Source: an uncultured Candidatus Rokubacteria bacterium
GTDB lineage: Bacteria; Methylomirabilota; Methylomirabilia; Rokubacteriales; CSP1-6
Reading direction: 5' to 3'
Assembly (NCBI GenBank): GCA_963762145.1
Contig: CAVXJS010000022.1
Coordinates: forward strand, 96,001 to 160,000
DNA length: 64,000 nt
Below are positions 19,608 through 30,409 of this stretch, piece after piece; position 1 is the first letter of the stretch, and every line of letters starts with the position of its first letter. The position numbers were made by a program, and so were the translations under genes. The notes under the pieces are model-generated. The model saw only the letters and a list, made by a program, of their open reading frames with translations. It ran no database searches and was not told the DNA's origin.

Positions 19608-20450
19608 TCAGGAGGTGAGCATTGGGCTCGGTGCCCGGTCACGAGTGCACTGCTCGAACTCCGTTGGGGGCACGTTGCCGAGGGAACTGTGGGGCCGGAC
19701 GGCATTGTAGTCCACACGCCAGGCCTCGACGATCTGGCGCGCGTGAGCCAGGCTAAGGAACCAGTGCTCGTTCAGGCACTCGTCGCGGAATCGACCATTG
19801 AAACTCTCGACGTAGGCATTCTGATTCGGCTTGCCCGGTTCGATGAAGTGCAGCCGGATGCCGCGGGTGTAGGCCCACGCGTCGAGCGCCCGGCCGGCGA
19901 ATTCGGGACCATTGTCCGTGATCAACACCGCCGGGTTCCCGCGCGTTTCGACGAGCCGCTGCAGGACCTCGACGACCCGGCGCCCGCCGATCGAGGTGTC
20001 CACTTCGATGGCCAAGCAGGCCCGGGTGAAGTCATCGACGACGGCCAGGAGCCGGACGCGGCGACCGTCTTCCAGGGTGTCCAGCAAGAAGTCGAGCGAC
20101 CAGCGCTCGTTGATCCGGGCCGGCGCGGCGAGCGGTGTCCCGCGGGGGACACGGCGCCGGCGTCGGCGGCGCCGCACCACGAGCCCCTCGTCTCGATACA
20201 GGCGGTAGACCCGCTTGATTCACGCGGTAGCCCTCTCGACGGAGGAGGACATAGAGCCGGCGATAGCCGAAGCGGCGCCGCTCGGCGGCCAGGCCGCGCA
20301 GCCGGTCACGCAGCGCCGGCCAGTCGGCGCGCCGCCCCTGGTAGCGGCACGTAGACCGGTCCATGCCCACCAGGCCGCAGGCCCGGCGCTCACTCAATCC
20401 GAAGCTCGCCTGCATCGCCCGCACCGCGATCCGCTGCGCCGCGGGCGTCA
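19608..20450 (-). CDS. IS3 transposase OrfB (DDE), with an extra indel near 20218
   Basis: [47 protein letters not shown]. Confidence 0.9.
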
Positions 20451-20714
20451 GGCCTTTTTTCCGACCAACTCCTTCAACGCTTGGTTATCCAGCGTGAGAT
20501 CCGCGACCAAACGCTTCAGCCGGCCATTCTCGTGCTCGAGCTGCCGCAGCCGCCGGGCCTCATTGACCTCGAGGCCGCCGTACTTGGCTTTCCACCGGTA
20601 GAACGTCTGCTCGCTGATGCCGTGCCGGCGACAGAGGTCGGTCGTCTTGCCGCCCGCCTCGGCCTCTTTCAGGATCCCGATGATCTGCTCTTCCGTGAAC
20701 CGCTTCCGACGCAT
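20448..20714 (-). CDS. IS3 transposase OrfA
   Basis: RFTEEQIIGILKEAEAG...CRRHGISEQTFYRWKAKYGG; ends at the A-AAA-AAG slippery site (20454-20460). Confidence 0.93.
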   Translation of the reverse strand: MRRKRFTEEQIIGILKEAEAGGKTTDLCRRHGISEQTFYRWKAKYGGLEVNEARRLRQLEHENGRLKRLVADLTLDNQALKELVGKKA

Positions 20715-21336
20715 CGCGGGGCCTCCCCGCGGGCATCCTAAGCCGAATCCTCACCCACCTCGTGGCGGAGTTTTCGGGGAGCAGGTCGTATGGACTCTCG
20801 AATGCGATGGCAGTCCTATTCCTTGGACGATACACGGGCTTCGGTGACGCGGGAAAACGGGCCTGAAGCCGGCGGGCGACTCCGCGTCGCTGTGTCGTCT
20901 CGATTAGCATAGTTGACGCGCCGGGCTACCGCAGCCTTGAAGTCTCGGGAAGACAGTACCAGAGTCCTGGTTGTTGCTACCGCGCCACCGTGGCCTTTAC
21001 GGCACCAGCATGGCGGCGGCTGGGCTCGCAATCCGCTGGCGACGAAGGCGGGGACAACCTTAGAAGAGCCCGAAGGGGCAGCCTCAAGAGGGCGGCTCCT
21101 CCCCTTCGGGCGTGGCGCCGGGCGTGCCCGTAGACACCCGGTGCCCCTCAGCGTAAGCTCCGCCGCGTGGCGCGTCATCGGCTCACGCGACAACTGCGCC
21201 CGCCCTCATTGGGCGAGAGAAGGGAAGTCTTGGGGGTTGTTAGTGTAATAACCGCCGGCCCGAGTAGGCACGGCCACTCCTATCGGGCCCTTCTACACCA
21301 TTTGGTGCGGTCCGCCACTGGCCCTCGTTTTGCTAG

Positions 21337-21906
21337 ATGATACGGATCGTGCATTTTGCCATCGAGTGTCTTACTTGGTTCGCTGCCTTATCTGTCTTGA
21401 TGTCATTTCTAGAGCACCAGGTTCACCGCAGCCTGATGCACAGAAGGACTGTTTTGGGTCGCCATCTTCTGTCTTTCCACAAGATGTTTGAACACCACGC
21501 TATCCTTCATCACGGGCAATACAGCAAGGTCTTTGCTGACAAGCCCGTTGCTGTTGGTGAAGATCGGCATTTGCGCTTGAGCCTACGTGAGGGCTTTCTA
21601 GAGGTGCTGCCGATCGCCGCGCTTCTTGCTGTAATCTCATTGGAGGGTGCGATCATCCTTGAGATTGTTGTCTGCATGCATCACTTCATATGGAACAAGA
21701 TACACCTAGAGATGCACAAGCCCGAAAAGCGCTTCTTTAGCGATTGGGCAGTATACAAGTTTCTTGGCAGGTACCATTACCTGCATCACAAGCACCCGGA
21801 CAAGAACTTCAATGTTGTCATACCGCTTGCCGACTATGTTCTGAGAACTAACATTCGCGCCAGCAACTCGGAGTTGAATGAGATGTATCGATTGAGGCTT
21901 CTTTGA
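21337..21906 (+). CDS. fatty acid hydroxylase/sterol desaturase superfamily protein
   Basis: Histidine boxes HRSLMH, HHAILHH, HLEMH and HYLHH, followed by KNFNV; visibly lower GC than the flanks. Confidence 0.75.
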   Translation: MIRIVHFAIECLTWFAALSVLMSFLEHQVHRSLMHRRTVLGRHLLSFHKMFEHHAILHHGQYSKVFADKPVAVGEDRHLRLSLREGFLEVLPIAALLAVISLEGAIILEIVVCMHHFIWNKIHLEMHKPEKRFFSDWAVYKFLGRYHYLHHKHPDKNFNVVIPLADYVLRTNIRASNSELNEMYRLRLL

Positions 21907-22008
21907 TCGCGTTCTGAATAGAAAGTCTCCCGCCTCCGCGCCCTCCCGCCCTCGGCCTTCGCGCCTGTGTCTCGAGGGCCGAGAGCAGCTCTGGCACAGC
22001 GGTCGGAC

Positions 22009-22323
22009 TCCTCGATCACCTGATCCACCCGCAGCAGGAGCGACGGCAGGATCGTCAGGCCGAGCGTCTCGAGGTTGATGACCAGGTTGAACTTCGTTGG
22101 TTTGCTCGCCCGGCAGATCGGCAGGTTTGGCTCAGTTGAGGATCTTGTCCACGTGGGTTGCCCCCCGGCGGTATGACTCGGCCGCACTCGACCTGTAGGT
22201 CATCAGCCCCCACAGGTCAAGGAACTCGTTCGTGAAGTACACCGCAGGGCGTCGGGCTTCATTCCGCAAACTGGCTACGGCTGCTGCAGCGGTGAGCGTC
22301 TGGATCAGGTCCCGTGTGGGCAT
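22009..22323 (-). pseudogene. PF04392-type SBP C-terminal remnant
   Basis: GLMTY...HVDKILN, KPTKFNLVINLETLGLTILPSLLLRVDQVIE. Confidence 0.75.
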
Positions 22324-22939
22324 ACCGTCTCTCAGCCGGCCGGAGGCATAGATCGTTCATTCGCTGCTCCGCGGGTGGGTCCCGGCTGGACACGTTCCGG
22401 CGCGGCGTCTGGCTTAACAGTCGAGATTAGCAGCGCGATATCTCCGTTTCGGTACGTCAAGAGAATATCGACGGCTCCGGTGTACCGCGACCGCTCCAGG
22501 CCGTCCATGTAGGCGTTGAGCCACTCGCGTTTTGTTGGCCTCTGTTCGGCCTGTACCATGGCGTCAGTCCGTTAGCCGAGACAGCGCAAGCACCGCCGCC
22601 CGCCACCGAGGGCCACGCCCGGGGGTTTGTCCGTAGAGCTCCCCGAGCGATCGTGCACTGGCAGCCTCGCGCACGACGGAACGGCGCGGGGCAGTTGGAA
22701 CGCGGTCCGACTCCGCGAGCTGCGCCCGCGTCAAACGCCGATTTGGACCGTGAAGCTTCTCGCCTTTACACATATCCATGGTGTGCGTCTCCCTAGCCCT
22801 GATGGGGCGATGGATGGAGTGACTGCATCAGAACTGTGGAATGGGTATGGCACGGGCAAGACATGCAGGCCTGCGATCTCTCCACTAGAAGGCGGACAGC
22901 GAGTCGAAACCGATATGAACGGGCACCTTAATCATGCCT

Positions 22940-23140
22940 TGCGCTCGTCCCCACCAGCTCGCCCACTCGCGGATCCAGGTCCAGGTGCAAGGCGATGCCG
23001 TGCCGGGCCGCCCGCTCCTTGACCAGGGTGACGGCATTCTCCACGGCAGTCGGCAGGTGGAACGGGGCCGGGGTCAGCTCCATGCGACCGGCCTCGACTT
23101 TTGAAAGATCCAAAATGTCATTGATGAGCGAGAGCAGGTG
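22940..23140 (-). pseudogene. histidine kinase internal fragment
   Basis: HLLSLINDILDLSKVEAGRMEL...VKERAARHGIAL. Confidence 0.75.
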
Positions 23141-23940
23141 TTGGTGAGTGCGCTGCCAAAGAAGACCGGCGCCCTTGCCCGACAAGAAGGCATCATGCAT
23201 CGAAGCGTGCGCCGGCCCCGCTCAGGAGGTCGATCTCCACGCGCAGCTGGCCGACAGGCCCGGCGCGAGCCCCCACCGAGTCGCGTGTCCGCCAGATCCA
23301 TGCTGACCACCGGGGCCTGGCGCCGGTTGTGCTCGGTACGCTCGAAGCGGAGCACCTGCCGCGCGACCAGGTCATAGACGCCCTAGAAGGTTGGGCCCTG
23401 TCCTATGGGCCAGTTCATCGCACCGCGCCGATGCCGAGCACCCGCTCGATCTCGTCCAGGAGTGCGAGGGGCTCGCGGCCCGGATGGTCGAGCTTGTTGA
23501 TGAACGTCAGGATGGGGAGCCCCCGAGTCCGGCACACCGCGAAGAGCTTGAGGGTCTGAGGTTCGATACCCTTGGCGCTGTCGAGCACCATCACCACGCT
23601 GTCGACCGCCATCAACGTACGATATGTATCCTCGCTGAAGTCCTGGTGCCCGGGGGTGTCGAGAAGATCAGCAGATGCCCCGCGTGCTCGAACTGGAGCG
23701 CGGTGGTGGTGATGGGGTACCCCGCTCCTGCTCGAGGGCCATCCAGTCCGAGGTGGCGCGGCGCTGGTTCTTGCCCGCTCGCACGGCCCCAGCCAGCTCG
23801 ACGGCGCCCGAGTAGAGCAGGAGCTTCTCGGTGAGCGTGGTCTTACCGGCATCCGGGTGGGAGATGATCGCGAAGGTCCGCCGGCGGCGGACCTCGGCCG
23901 CGAGGTCCGGCGGGTGGACGAGATCCCCGGTCGGCTTCAC
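23140..23940 (-). pseudogene. prfC: peptide chain release factor 3, 5' part only, frameshifted and truncated
   Basis: [69 protein letters not shown], then an abrupt junction to the kinase fragment. Confidence 0.9.
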
Positions 23941-24566
23941 GAAGGACCCGTCTTGAGATCGGAGGCGAAACGGGTCGAGACGAGGACGAAGCGCACCGGC
24001 TTCCGGCCCGGATTCTCCCAGAGATGCGGGGTCTCCGGATCGAGGCTGACCGCGTCCCCGGCGACCACCCGCAGCACCTCGGCCCCCAAGGTCAGGCGCA
24101 CGGCCCCGTCGAAGACGATCGCGAGCGCCTGTCCCGCATGCGCGTGCGGTCGCTTGCCGCTCGAGCCCCCGGCTCCGAGGGTGACCATGACCGCCTCGAA
24201 GCTACGCGCGGCGCCCATGGGACTCAGGGCCTCGATCCGGGCACGCGACCACCAGCTCGTCAGACGCCGGCGCCGGGTCGCCCGGGTCACGGGGCGAGCG
24301 CCGCCGGCCGGCTCCCGGAAGAAGTCACCGAGTGACACGCCGAGGGCGTGCGCGAGTCGCTGGAGCGAGGCGATCGACGGTGAGGCCTGGTTGTGCTCGA
24401 CCTGGGAGATGAAGCTCGGCGAGAATCCCGCCCGGCTCGCCAGGGTCCGGACCGACAGCTCGTGTGCCGTCCGCAGCCGCCGCACGATGTCGCCGAGGTT
24501 CTGCTCCGCGCCGGTGGCCGTCGCCGCGTCCTCCGGCGGCCTCCGTCTCGCCGCTAACCTCTTCAT
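23937..24566 (-). CDS. XRE-family HTH plus cupin transcriptional regulator
   Basis: [20 protein letters not shown]...SFISQVE...SPS, then cupin (HAHAG, GDAV, PHLWEN). Confidence 0.88.
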   Translation of the reverse strand: MKRLAARRRPPEDAATATGAEQNLGDIVRRLRTAHELSVRTLASRAGFSPSFISQVEHNQASPSIASLQRLAHALGVSLGDFFREPAGGARPVTRATRRRRLTSWWSRARIEALSPMGAARSFEAVMVTLGAGGSSGKRPHAHAGQALAIVFDGAVRLTLGAEVLRVVAGDAVSLDPETPHLWENPGRKPVRFVLVSTRFASDLKTGPS

Positions 24567-24708
24567 CGCCTCATCCTTAGAGTTCGGGCGGGTAGCGGGC
24601 GCGCGTTTGCTGCCGACGCGCGAGCAATAGACCCCTCGGGAACTGCCTCACCGAGCGGTCAACGACAATGGTGGCGGTGAGAGTGCCCGCCAGGCAACTG
24701 TTGGACAT

Positions 24709-25503
24709 TTAGGACGCGCTCGCCGTGCCCGTCGGGGCCGGGCGAAGGCCAGCAGCGCCAGGAAACGCAGTGTTCACAGCGACGCAGTCGAACTCCACCA
24801 CTCTGAGCTGAGGATCCGTGCTGACCGGAAAGATCCCGGTCACATCGAAGGAATGCTCCTTGAGGGTCCGGAGTGAGGTGAGCCAGTCCGGCATTCGGGC
24901 ATAGATTGGCAGAACCGATACTTCGGTCTGAAGCGCCGCTATTGACGCGAGAGTGGTGCTGGCTCCGTTGATCACTTCCAGATCGTACCCCTGAGTGTCG
25001 AGCTTCAGGTAGACGTTTCGACAGCCGGATGTGGCTCTGATGCCTTCCATCACATCGGTCAGCCGCCTTACCTGTACAGTCTCCACCTGGACGACCGCGT
25101 TCAGGTGCGCTAGCGTCGGAACAGTGGAGGAATCCGGTGACAGGAAGGACGTGAACGCGCTTTCGCGCATCACGTTGATCGGGTATAGCCCACTCTCGCT
25201 TCCGAGGGCGAATCCATGGATTTTCCACAGTGCATCGTTCTTGGCTTCCGCTTCGAGGTGTTTGAGGCATGCCGGGTGGGGCTCGAAGGACGCGATGTAA
25301 CCTGCGTAGCCGACCTCCATTCTCAGAAACTTGTGGTATTGCCCCCGGTTCGCCCCAACGTCGAGCACACAGTCGATGTCCAGCCTCTCGAAGAGCTCCC
25401 GGAGGTGAGTCGCGAGGGCGAGATTTTTAAGACGCCACCGCGGAATCACTTCGTACCCCGTTCGAACTGCCCGCATCAGGAGCTTAGTCAATACCTGCTT
25501 CAT
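24709..25503 (-). CDS. FkbM-family methyltransferase
   Basis: VLDVGANRGQ, SFEP, LKLDTQGYDLEVING, EVS motifs. Confidence 0.88.
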   Translation of the reverse strand: MKQVLTKLLMRAVRTGYEVIPRWRLKNLALATHLRELFERLDIDCVLDVGANRGQYHKFLRMEVGYAGYIASFEPHPACLKHLEAEAKNDALWKIHGFALGSESGLYPINVMRESAFTSFLSPDSSTVPTLAHLNAVVQVETVQVRRLTDVMEGIRATSGCRNVYLKLDTQGYDLEVINGASTTLASIAALQTEVSVLPIYARMPDWLTSLRTLKEHSFDVTGIFPVSTDPQLRVVEFDCVAVNTAFPGAAGLRPAPTGTASAS

Positions 25504-25809
25504 CTTCCGCGAAACGCCTTTGCCCAACATCGTTGTCCCTCATCCCATTGGAGAGTTGAAGATCTGCCAGAACACTACTCCGGCAGCGGCATTCGGTCCG
25601 GCACACACCAGCATGGCGGTCAGGCTGCGAAGGATCTCCGTGACCTTGCTCCCGGCGACTCGGCCCACGTCGCATCGCGCCGTGTCGTCTGGGGCTCCCC
25701 GCAATGGTCGGTCTCCCGCGCCCACCCGCGCCGGTGGGGCACCGAACGAACGATGGGTGCCACCGCGGCGGGTCGCGGACGATGCCCGGCCCGGGCAGCG
25801 CAGCTTGGC

Positions 25810-25965
25810 GAGAACCCGGCCCCGCCCGCCAGGGTCCGGAGCAACAGCTCGTTGCCGTCCGCAGCCGCCGCACTATGTCGCCGAGGTTCCGCTCCGCCCG
25901 GCGGCCGTCGCCGCGTCCTCCGGCGGCCTCCGGCCCACCGCTGATGTCTTCATCGCCTCACCCTT
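25810..25965 (-). repeat. degenerate duplicate of the XRE-cupin 5' region
   Basis: Aligns by eye with 24421-24580, with indels. Confidence 0.75.
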
Positions 25966-26437
25966 GAGACTCTCATACGGTGTACAGTCCTACTTTACAG
26001 ACCGTAGGCCTATGCCGCAAGTTAGCAATCGCCCTGGGGAGTGCGCCCCCGTCGATCCCGTCAATGCCGAGTACCGCAGCGCGTTCGCGCCGTTAGGCGG
26101 GCGGCTTAGGAGTCGGCACGCGGTGGTCCACGGACTCGATCAACTCACGGCGTTCCTGAGCCAGGCGCACGTCCCGACGCCGGACATCGACGAGCGTGGC
26201 GGGCTGGCCACGCGACGGGTCCACTCGATCCCGCGGGTGGGGCTCACGGCCGCCGACCTCGAGGCCCTCGGGCTCTAGGCCGGGGCGCCCGTCGCGTCAG
26301 CCCTCCAACACCTGCAACTTGTTCAGAGGGCGGGCGGTACCCGAACTAGGCGACGCCATCGCCACACCTCGGTAGTGGCCGACTGCGAGTCACGCCAAGG
26401 GCGAGCGCAAGCCCGCGAGAAAGCACGCGGCGCCTAC

Positions 26438-26453
26438 TGGAACGCGGCTTGCT
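26438..26453 (+). promoter_or_regulatory. sigma54 -24/-12 promoter
   Basis: TGGAACGCGGCTTGCT (GG-N10-GC). Confidence 0.65.
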
Positions 26454-26465
26454 CTGTTGCATGCA

Positions 26466-26801
26466 ATGGACATCGTGCGCCTGGCCGTCATGGTGAGCCC
26501 GCTGCTCGGGGCCGCGGCGGGCTATCTCGTGGACGGCCTCACGGGCGCGACGTCGGGATTCCTGATCCCGATGGGGCCTGCTGTCGTGGCGTGGCTCTAC
26601 CGTGGGTTTGACGATGCGCTACGGCCGTCGCGCCCGGCGGGACCGTCCGAGCCCGCGCACCAACCCCGTCGAGCGGGTTCGTCTCCAATGCAGGAGATCA
26701 AGGATGAGACTACTGAGGCATCAATGGCCAGAGCACGGCCGTTGCTTGGCGATAGCGTGGGCCCGAAGCGCCGCGGCGCCCGTCTAAACCGAGTGCCTTG
26801 A
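26466..26801 (+). CDS. small membrane protein (paralog at 43753)
   Basis: MDIVRLAVMVSPLLGAAAGYLVDGLTGATSGFLIPMGPAVVAWL. Confidence 0.55.
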   Translation: MDIVRLAVMVSPLLGAAAGYLVDGLTGATSGFLIPMGPAVVAWLYRGFDDALRPSRPAGPSEPAHQPRRAGSSPMQEIKDETTEASMARARPLLGDSVGPKRRGARLNRVP

Positions 26802-26939
26802 TGATCTGGGGCGAATGGACCCATCCGATCGCGCTTGTCCTGCTCGGTGCAGTTCTTCTGGTGGTCGGCCTTATCTCTCGGGATAGGTCGTGAGGGCCGC
26901 TCGCGGCCGGCGAGGTTGATGACCAACTCGAACTTCGTC

Positions 26940-27512
26940 GGCCGCTTGAGCAGCCGGATGTACCGATTCCGGAGCGTATCGGTCTGCCGTCTGAGCGTGT
27001 CCACCTGCTGGGAAAAAATCTCGTACTTGCCGGCATCCTGATCGGCGAGTTGCTCGCTGAACCACTGCAGGGCCCCTAGCTGGGCCTGCAGCCCCTGACG
27101 GTACTCCTGATGGAATCGATCCTCACTCACGAAGAGCTTTGTTCACACACGCCATCTTGTCCTTGAGAGTCTGCCCATGCGCGTCGACTTCCGCGAGGCG
27201 CCCGCCCGCAGTCGCCGCTAGCTGCGCTGTCAGCGCCTGCTGCGCCTGAGAAAGACACTCCATCTTCACCGTGTTCAGTCGCCGGAGTTCCGCGCGAACC
27301 TGCGCATCGGAGAGCGGAGTCCCGGGGAACGTTGAAGATGCTGAACTGGGCGTCGCCGCAGCCGGTTGGGCAGCCACCCCTGACGCTACGGCTAGGCTGA
27401 CAGCCAGCCCGAGCCCCGCCACGGTCGTAGCAGACAGTAGATACGCCACGGCTGATCCTCCTGAGTTCCTCGGTTTCGTGGGTTTGGTCCGGTCGCCTTG
27501 CGGTTTGAGCAC
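26940..27512 (-). pseudogene. exported helical hypothetical protein, frameshifted near 27125 and fused to an SBP tail fragment
   Basis: Signal-like segment, then a helical region, ending RPTKFELVINL (26912-26942). Confidence 0.4.
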
Positions 27513-27554
27513 CGCTATGACCTCAGTCTGCCGGCAAGATGGATGGCGCTCTTC

Positions 27555-27917
27555 TTATTGGCCCGACACATCTGGCCTGCCGGGTTCGACGCGTTGGGGC
27601 AGTTCGGGCGGCAGCAGGTCAGGCGCCGTTCGCCGGGTCGTCCTCCGGTTCAGGAGGAGCAGTTTCCGCACCACTTCCCACGGCCAGTACGTCAGCGTGC
27701 ACCGCCCGAGCACGAGCACGGTCTGACGATGCCCCTTCAAGACGTCAACGTCTCGTCGCACTTCGATCTCCCAGCGGCCAGCGTCCGGGGGCCGAGCCTG
27801 CCACTCTTCCTGGCTCTTCCACTCGACGAACACTTCCCCGAAGATCGGAGCGCGCATGATCGTGTACGCGGGACCCGTTTCGAAGAGCACGTATCCCTGG
27901 GCGCTCTGGAACGTCAT
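27555..27917 (-). CDS. hypothetical protein
   Basis: 120-aa ORF with GAGGAGG RBS and an upstream sigma54 motif. Confidence 0.6.
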   Translation of the reverse strand: MTFQSAQGYVLFETGPAYTIMRAPIFGEVFVEWKSQEEWQARPPDAGRWEIEVRRDVDVLKGHRQTVLVLGRCTLTYWPWEVVRKLLLLNRRTTRRTAPDLLPPELPQRVEPGRPDVSGQ

Positions 27918-27953
27918 GGCGCGAGCCTCCTCAGTCTCGAAGCCAGGTCAGAG

Positions 27954-27968
27954 GCAAGCCCTGTGCCA
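27954..27968 (-). promoter_or_regulatory. sigma54 -24/-12 promoter
   Basis: TGGCACAGGGCTTGC on the minus strand, near-consensus. Confidence 0.7.
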
Positions 27969-28128
27969 ACCAGGTCCGAGACCACTAGCCGCGCGCAGTA
28001 ACCAGCGAGCCCGCCTGGGCGAAACCCACCCGCACCGTGGGATCGGTGGGATCCGTCTGGGGTGTCACTGGCGGTGGGTCTGTCTGATGGGCGACGGTGG
28101 GAGCGTCAGGAGCACGACTCACTTACTC

Positions 28129-29094
28129 TCACTCAATCACCTGATCCGCCCGCTGCAGGAGCGACGGCGGGATCGTGAGGCCGAGCGCCTTGGCGGTCTT
28201 GAGGTTGATGACCAGCTCGAATCGCGTCGGCCGTTCGACCGGCAAGTCGCTCGGTTTTGCGCCCTTAAGGATCCTGTCGACGAAGCTTGCGGCCCGCCGG
28301 GAGACGTCGGCGAGCTGTGCCCCATGGGACAGGAGACCCCCGGACTCAACGAAGTGTCTTTGATTGGAGATCGCTGGCAGGCGATGCCGCACCGCAAGTT
28401 CCGCGGCCCGCCAAGCAGTGAGAGCGCCATCAACGATCACGGCGCCGGCGCGTTGCTTGGTCAGCGAAGAGAAGGCGGTATCGACCTCTTGGGGCCCGTG
28501 CACATCGACAACGGAGAGTTGAACCTTGCCTCTCTTGGCTGCAGCCTGGGTCTCGTCAACCAGCGACTTTGCGAAGGGGTTGGTTGGATTGACGAGCAGG
28601 CCCACGCGCGTCAGGCCTGGGTCGAGCTCGCGAAGCAACTCTATCCGCTTCCCCGCCAGCTCTGCTGAGATCCCGGTCAGACCGGTGATGTTGCCGCCCG
28701 GGTGCCCGAGGCTCGCCACAAAGCCCGTCCCCACTGGATCTCCAGCCGACGCCATGACGATGGGAATTGTGCGAGTCGCGTCCTTCGCGGCCTGCACCGC
28801 CGGCGTGAGGTTGGCCACGATGAGATCGACCTTCAGCGCGACCAGTTCCATGGCGAAGGTCTTCGCGCGGTCCGGCCGGCCGTCGGCCGCTCGCCATTCG
28901 ACGAGAATGTTCTGTCCTTCCACATATCCGTGGTCGCGAAGACCCTGACCGAACGCCTCCCGCAATGTGGAGTTCATCTCAGTGAACGTCAACACTCCGA
29001 CGCGTGGTATCTTCCCGGTCTGCTGCGCCCCGGCGGCGAGCGGCGCGGCGAGGAGGCCGCCAGCAAGGGTGCCCAAAAAGGCTCGCCGCTCCAT
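28129..29094 (-). CDS. ABC substrate-binding protein (PF04392 type)
   Basis: MERRAFLG..., [32 protein letters not shown]...RADQVIE; start overlaps the upstream stop (TAATG). Confidence 0.9.
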   Translation of the reverse strand: MERRAFLGTLAGGLLAAPLAAGAQQTGKIPRVGVLTFTEMNSTLREAFGQGLRDHGYVEGQNILVEWRAADGRPDRAKTFAMELVALKVDLIVANLTPAVQAAKDATRTIPIVMASAGDPVGTGFVASLGHPGGNITGLTGISAELAGKRIELLRELDPGLTRVGLLVNPTNPFAKSLVDETQAAAKRGKVQLSVVDVHGPQEVDTAFSSLTKQRAGAVIVDGALTAWRAAELAVRHRLPAISNQRHFVESGGLLSHGAQLADVSRRAASFVDRILKGAKPSDLPVERPTRFELVINLKTAKALGLTIPPSLLQRADQVIE

Positions 29095-30050
29095 TACTCG
29101 ATCACCTGATCCGCCCGCTGCAGGAGCGACGGCGGGATCGTGAGACCGAGGGCCTTCGAGGCCTTGAGGTTGATCACCACCTCGAACTTGGTGGGCTGCT
29201 CGACCGGGAGGTCTGCAGGTGTCGCACCTCGGAGGATCTTGTCGATCTGCGCGGCTACCCTTGGCACGTTCTGCAGTGGCGTCGGCCCGTGGGAAAGCAA
29301 CCCACCCGACTCGGCGAATCGTCGGTCGTAGCCGATCGCAGGCAGGCGGCTCTTCGCGGCCACTGCCCCAATGTGTTCCAGGTGAGCCCGGAACCACACC
29401 ACGTTGGGCACAAGGACGGCCTCGGCACGGGCACGCTTGGCCGCTGCGAAGAACCGGCCAAAGTCTTCCGGCCCCCGTACTGAGATGCCTTGTATCTCAA
29501 TACCAAACGCTTGGGCGGCGGCGGTCAATCTCTGCCGTCTCGCACCGACATCGGGTGCGGGAGCCGGATAGACTACGCGCGCCACCTCGGGCAACGCTTC
29601 TTTGAGGATCTCTAACAGTTTCTCGTCATAGACGCCGAGCGCGAAGCCCGTCAGGTTCCCCCCTGGACGCGAATAGCTGGTCACGAATCCGCTTTCGATC
29701 GGATCGGAGGCGAGGCTAAATACGATGGGAATCGTCCTGGTCGCCTCCTTGGCGGCGTTAGTCGCAGGCGTTCCTGCCGTTAACATGAGGTCAACCTTGA
29801 GCCGCACAAGTTCGGCCGCGAGAGTCGGGAGCTGATCTCGTCGCTCGGCATTGCGGCGCTCGACCTTGAGGTTCTGGCCCTCGACCCATCCAAGCTCCTG
29901 CATCGCGTCCACGAAGGGCTTGGACCCGGGGTCCTGGCCTTCTCGGAGCGCACCGATTCGGTAGACCTTTCCCGCCGGCTGCCCCTCGGCGGCGAACGGC
30001 GCGGCCAAGAGGCCGACGATAGCGCGGGCGATGAAGGTCCTCCGATCCAT
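29094..30050 (-). CDS. ABC substrate-binding protein (PF04392 type)
   Basis: MDRRTFI..., GWVEGQNL, GGNLTG, PTKFEVVINLK...RADQVIE; GGAGGGAG RBS. Confidence 0.9.
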   Translation of the reverse strand: MDRRTFIARAIVGLLAAPFAAEGQPAGKVYRIGALREGQDPGSKPFVDAMQELGWVEGQNLKVERRNAERRDQLPTLAAELVRLKVDLMLTAGTPATNAAKEATRTIPIVFSLASDPIESGFVTSYSRPGGNLTGFALGVYDEKLLEILKEALPEVARVVYPAPAPDVGARRQRLTAAAQAFGIEIQGISVRGPEDFGRFFAAAKRARAEAVLVPNVVWFRAHLEHIGAVAAKSRLPAIGYDRRFAESGGLLSHGPTPLQNVPRVAAQIDKILRGATPADLPVEQPTKFEVVINLKASKALGLTIPPSLLQRADQVIE

Positions 30051-30409
30051 ATCTCCCTCCTTCACGTGCACAGACGCTGGCGGGCGTAGGCCCAGATCTT
30101 GGCCGCACACCACTGCGCCATTCCGCACATTCGAGCAGCGCGACGACCTGCGCGTCTCGGCGCTGCGGGCGCTCGAGCACCCGCGGCCGGGCTCCGCGCT
30201 CGACGACACCGAGCCGAACAGGCCGTCTGCCAGCCTGCAGCTGTACGGCAGACCGCACCGCCGCGAAGAGGCTACCACAGGCGTGCGCACGCCCTCCGGC
30301 GAGACCGGGGCTCCGAGTGAGGCTCTCAGCATGAGGCCACGAAGGAAATCGCGGCGCCCAGGAACATCTTGCGGAGCATCCGCCGGACCCGTCTTCCGGG
30401 AGACCTTCC

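Larger units (their letters stand above)
19582..20788 (-). mobile_element. IS3-family (IS407-group-like) insertion sequence, 1207 bp
   Basis: 15-bp perfect terminal inverted repeat CGACCTGCTCCCCGA; TATG target duplication at 19578-81 and 20789-92; orfA/orfB with an A6G frameshift motif. Confidence 0.92.
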
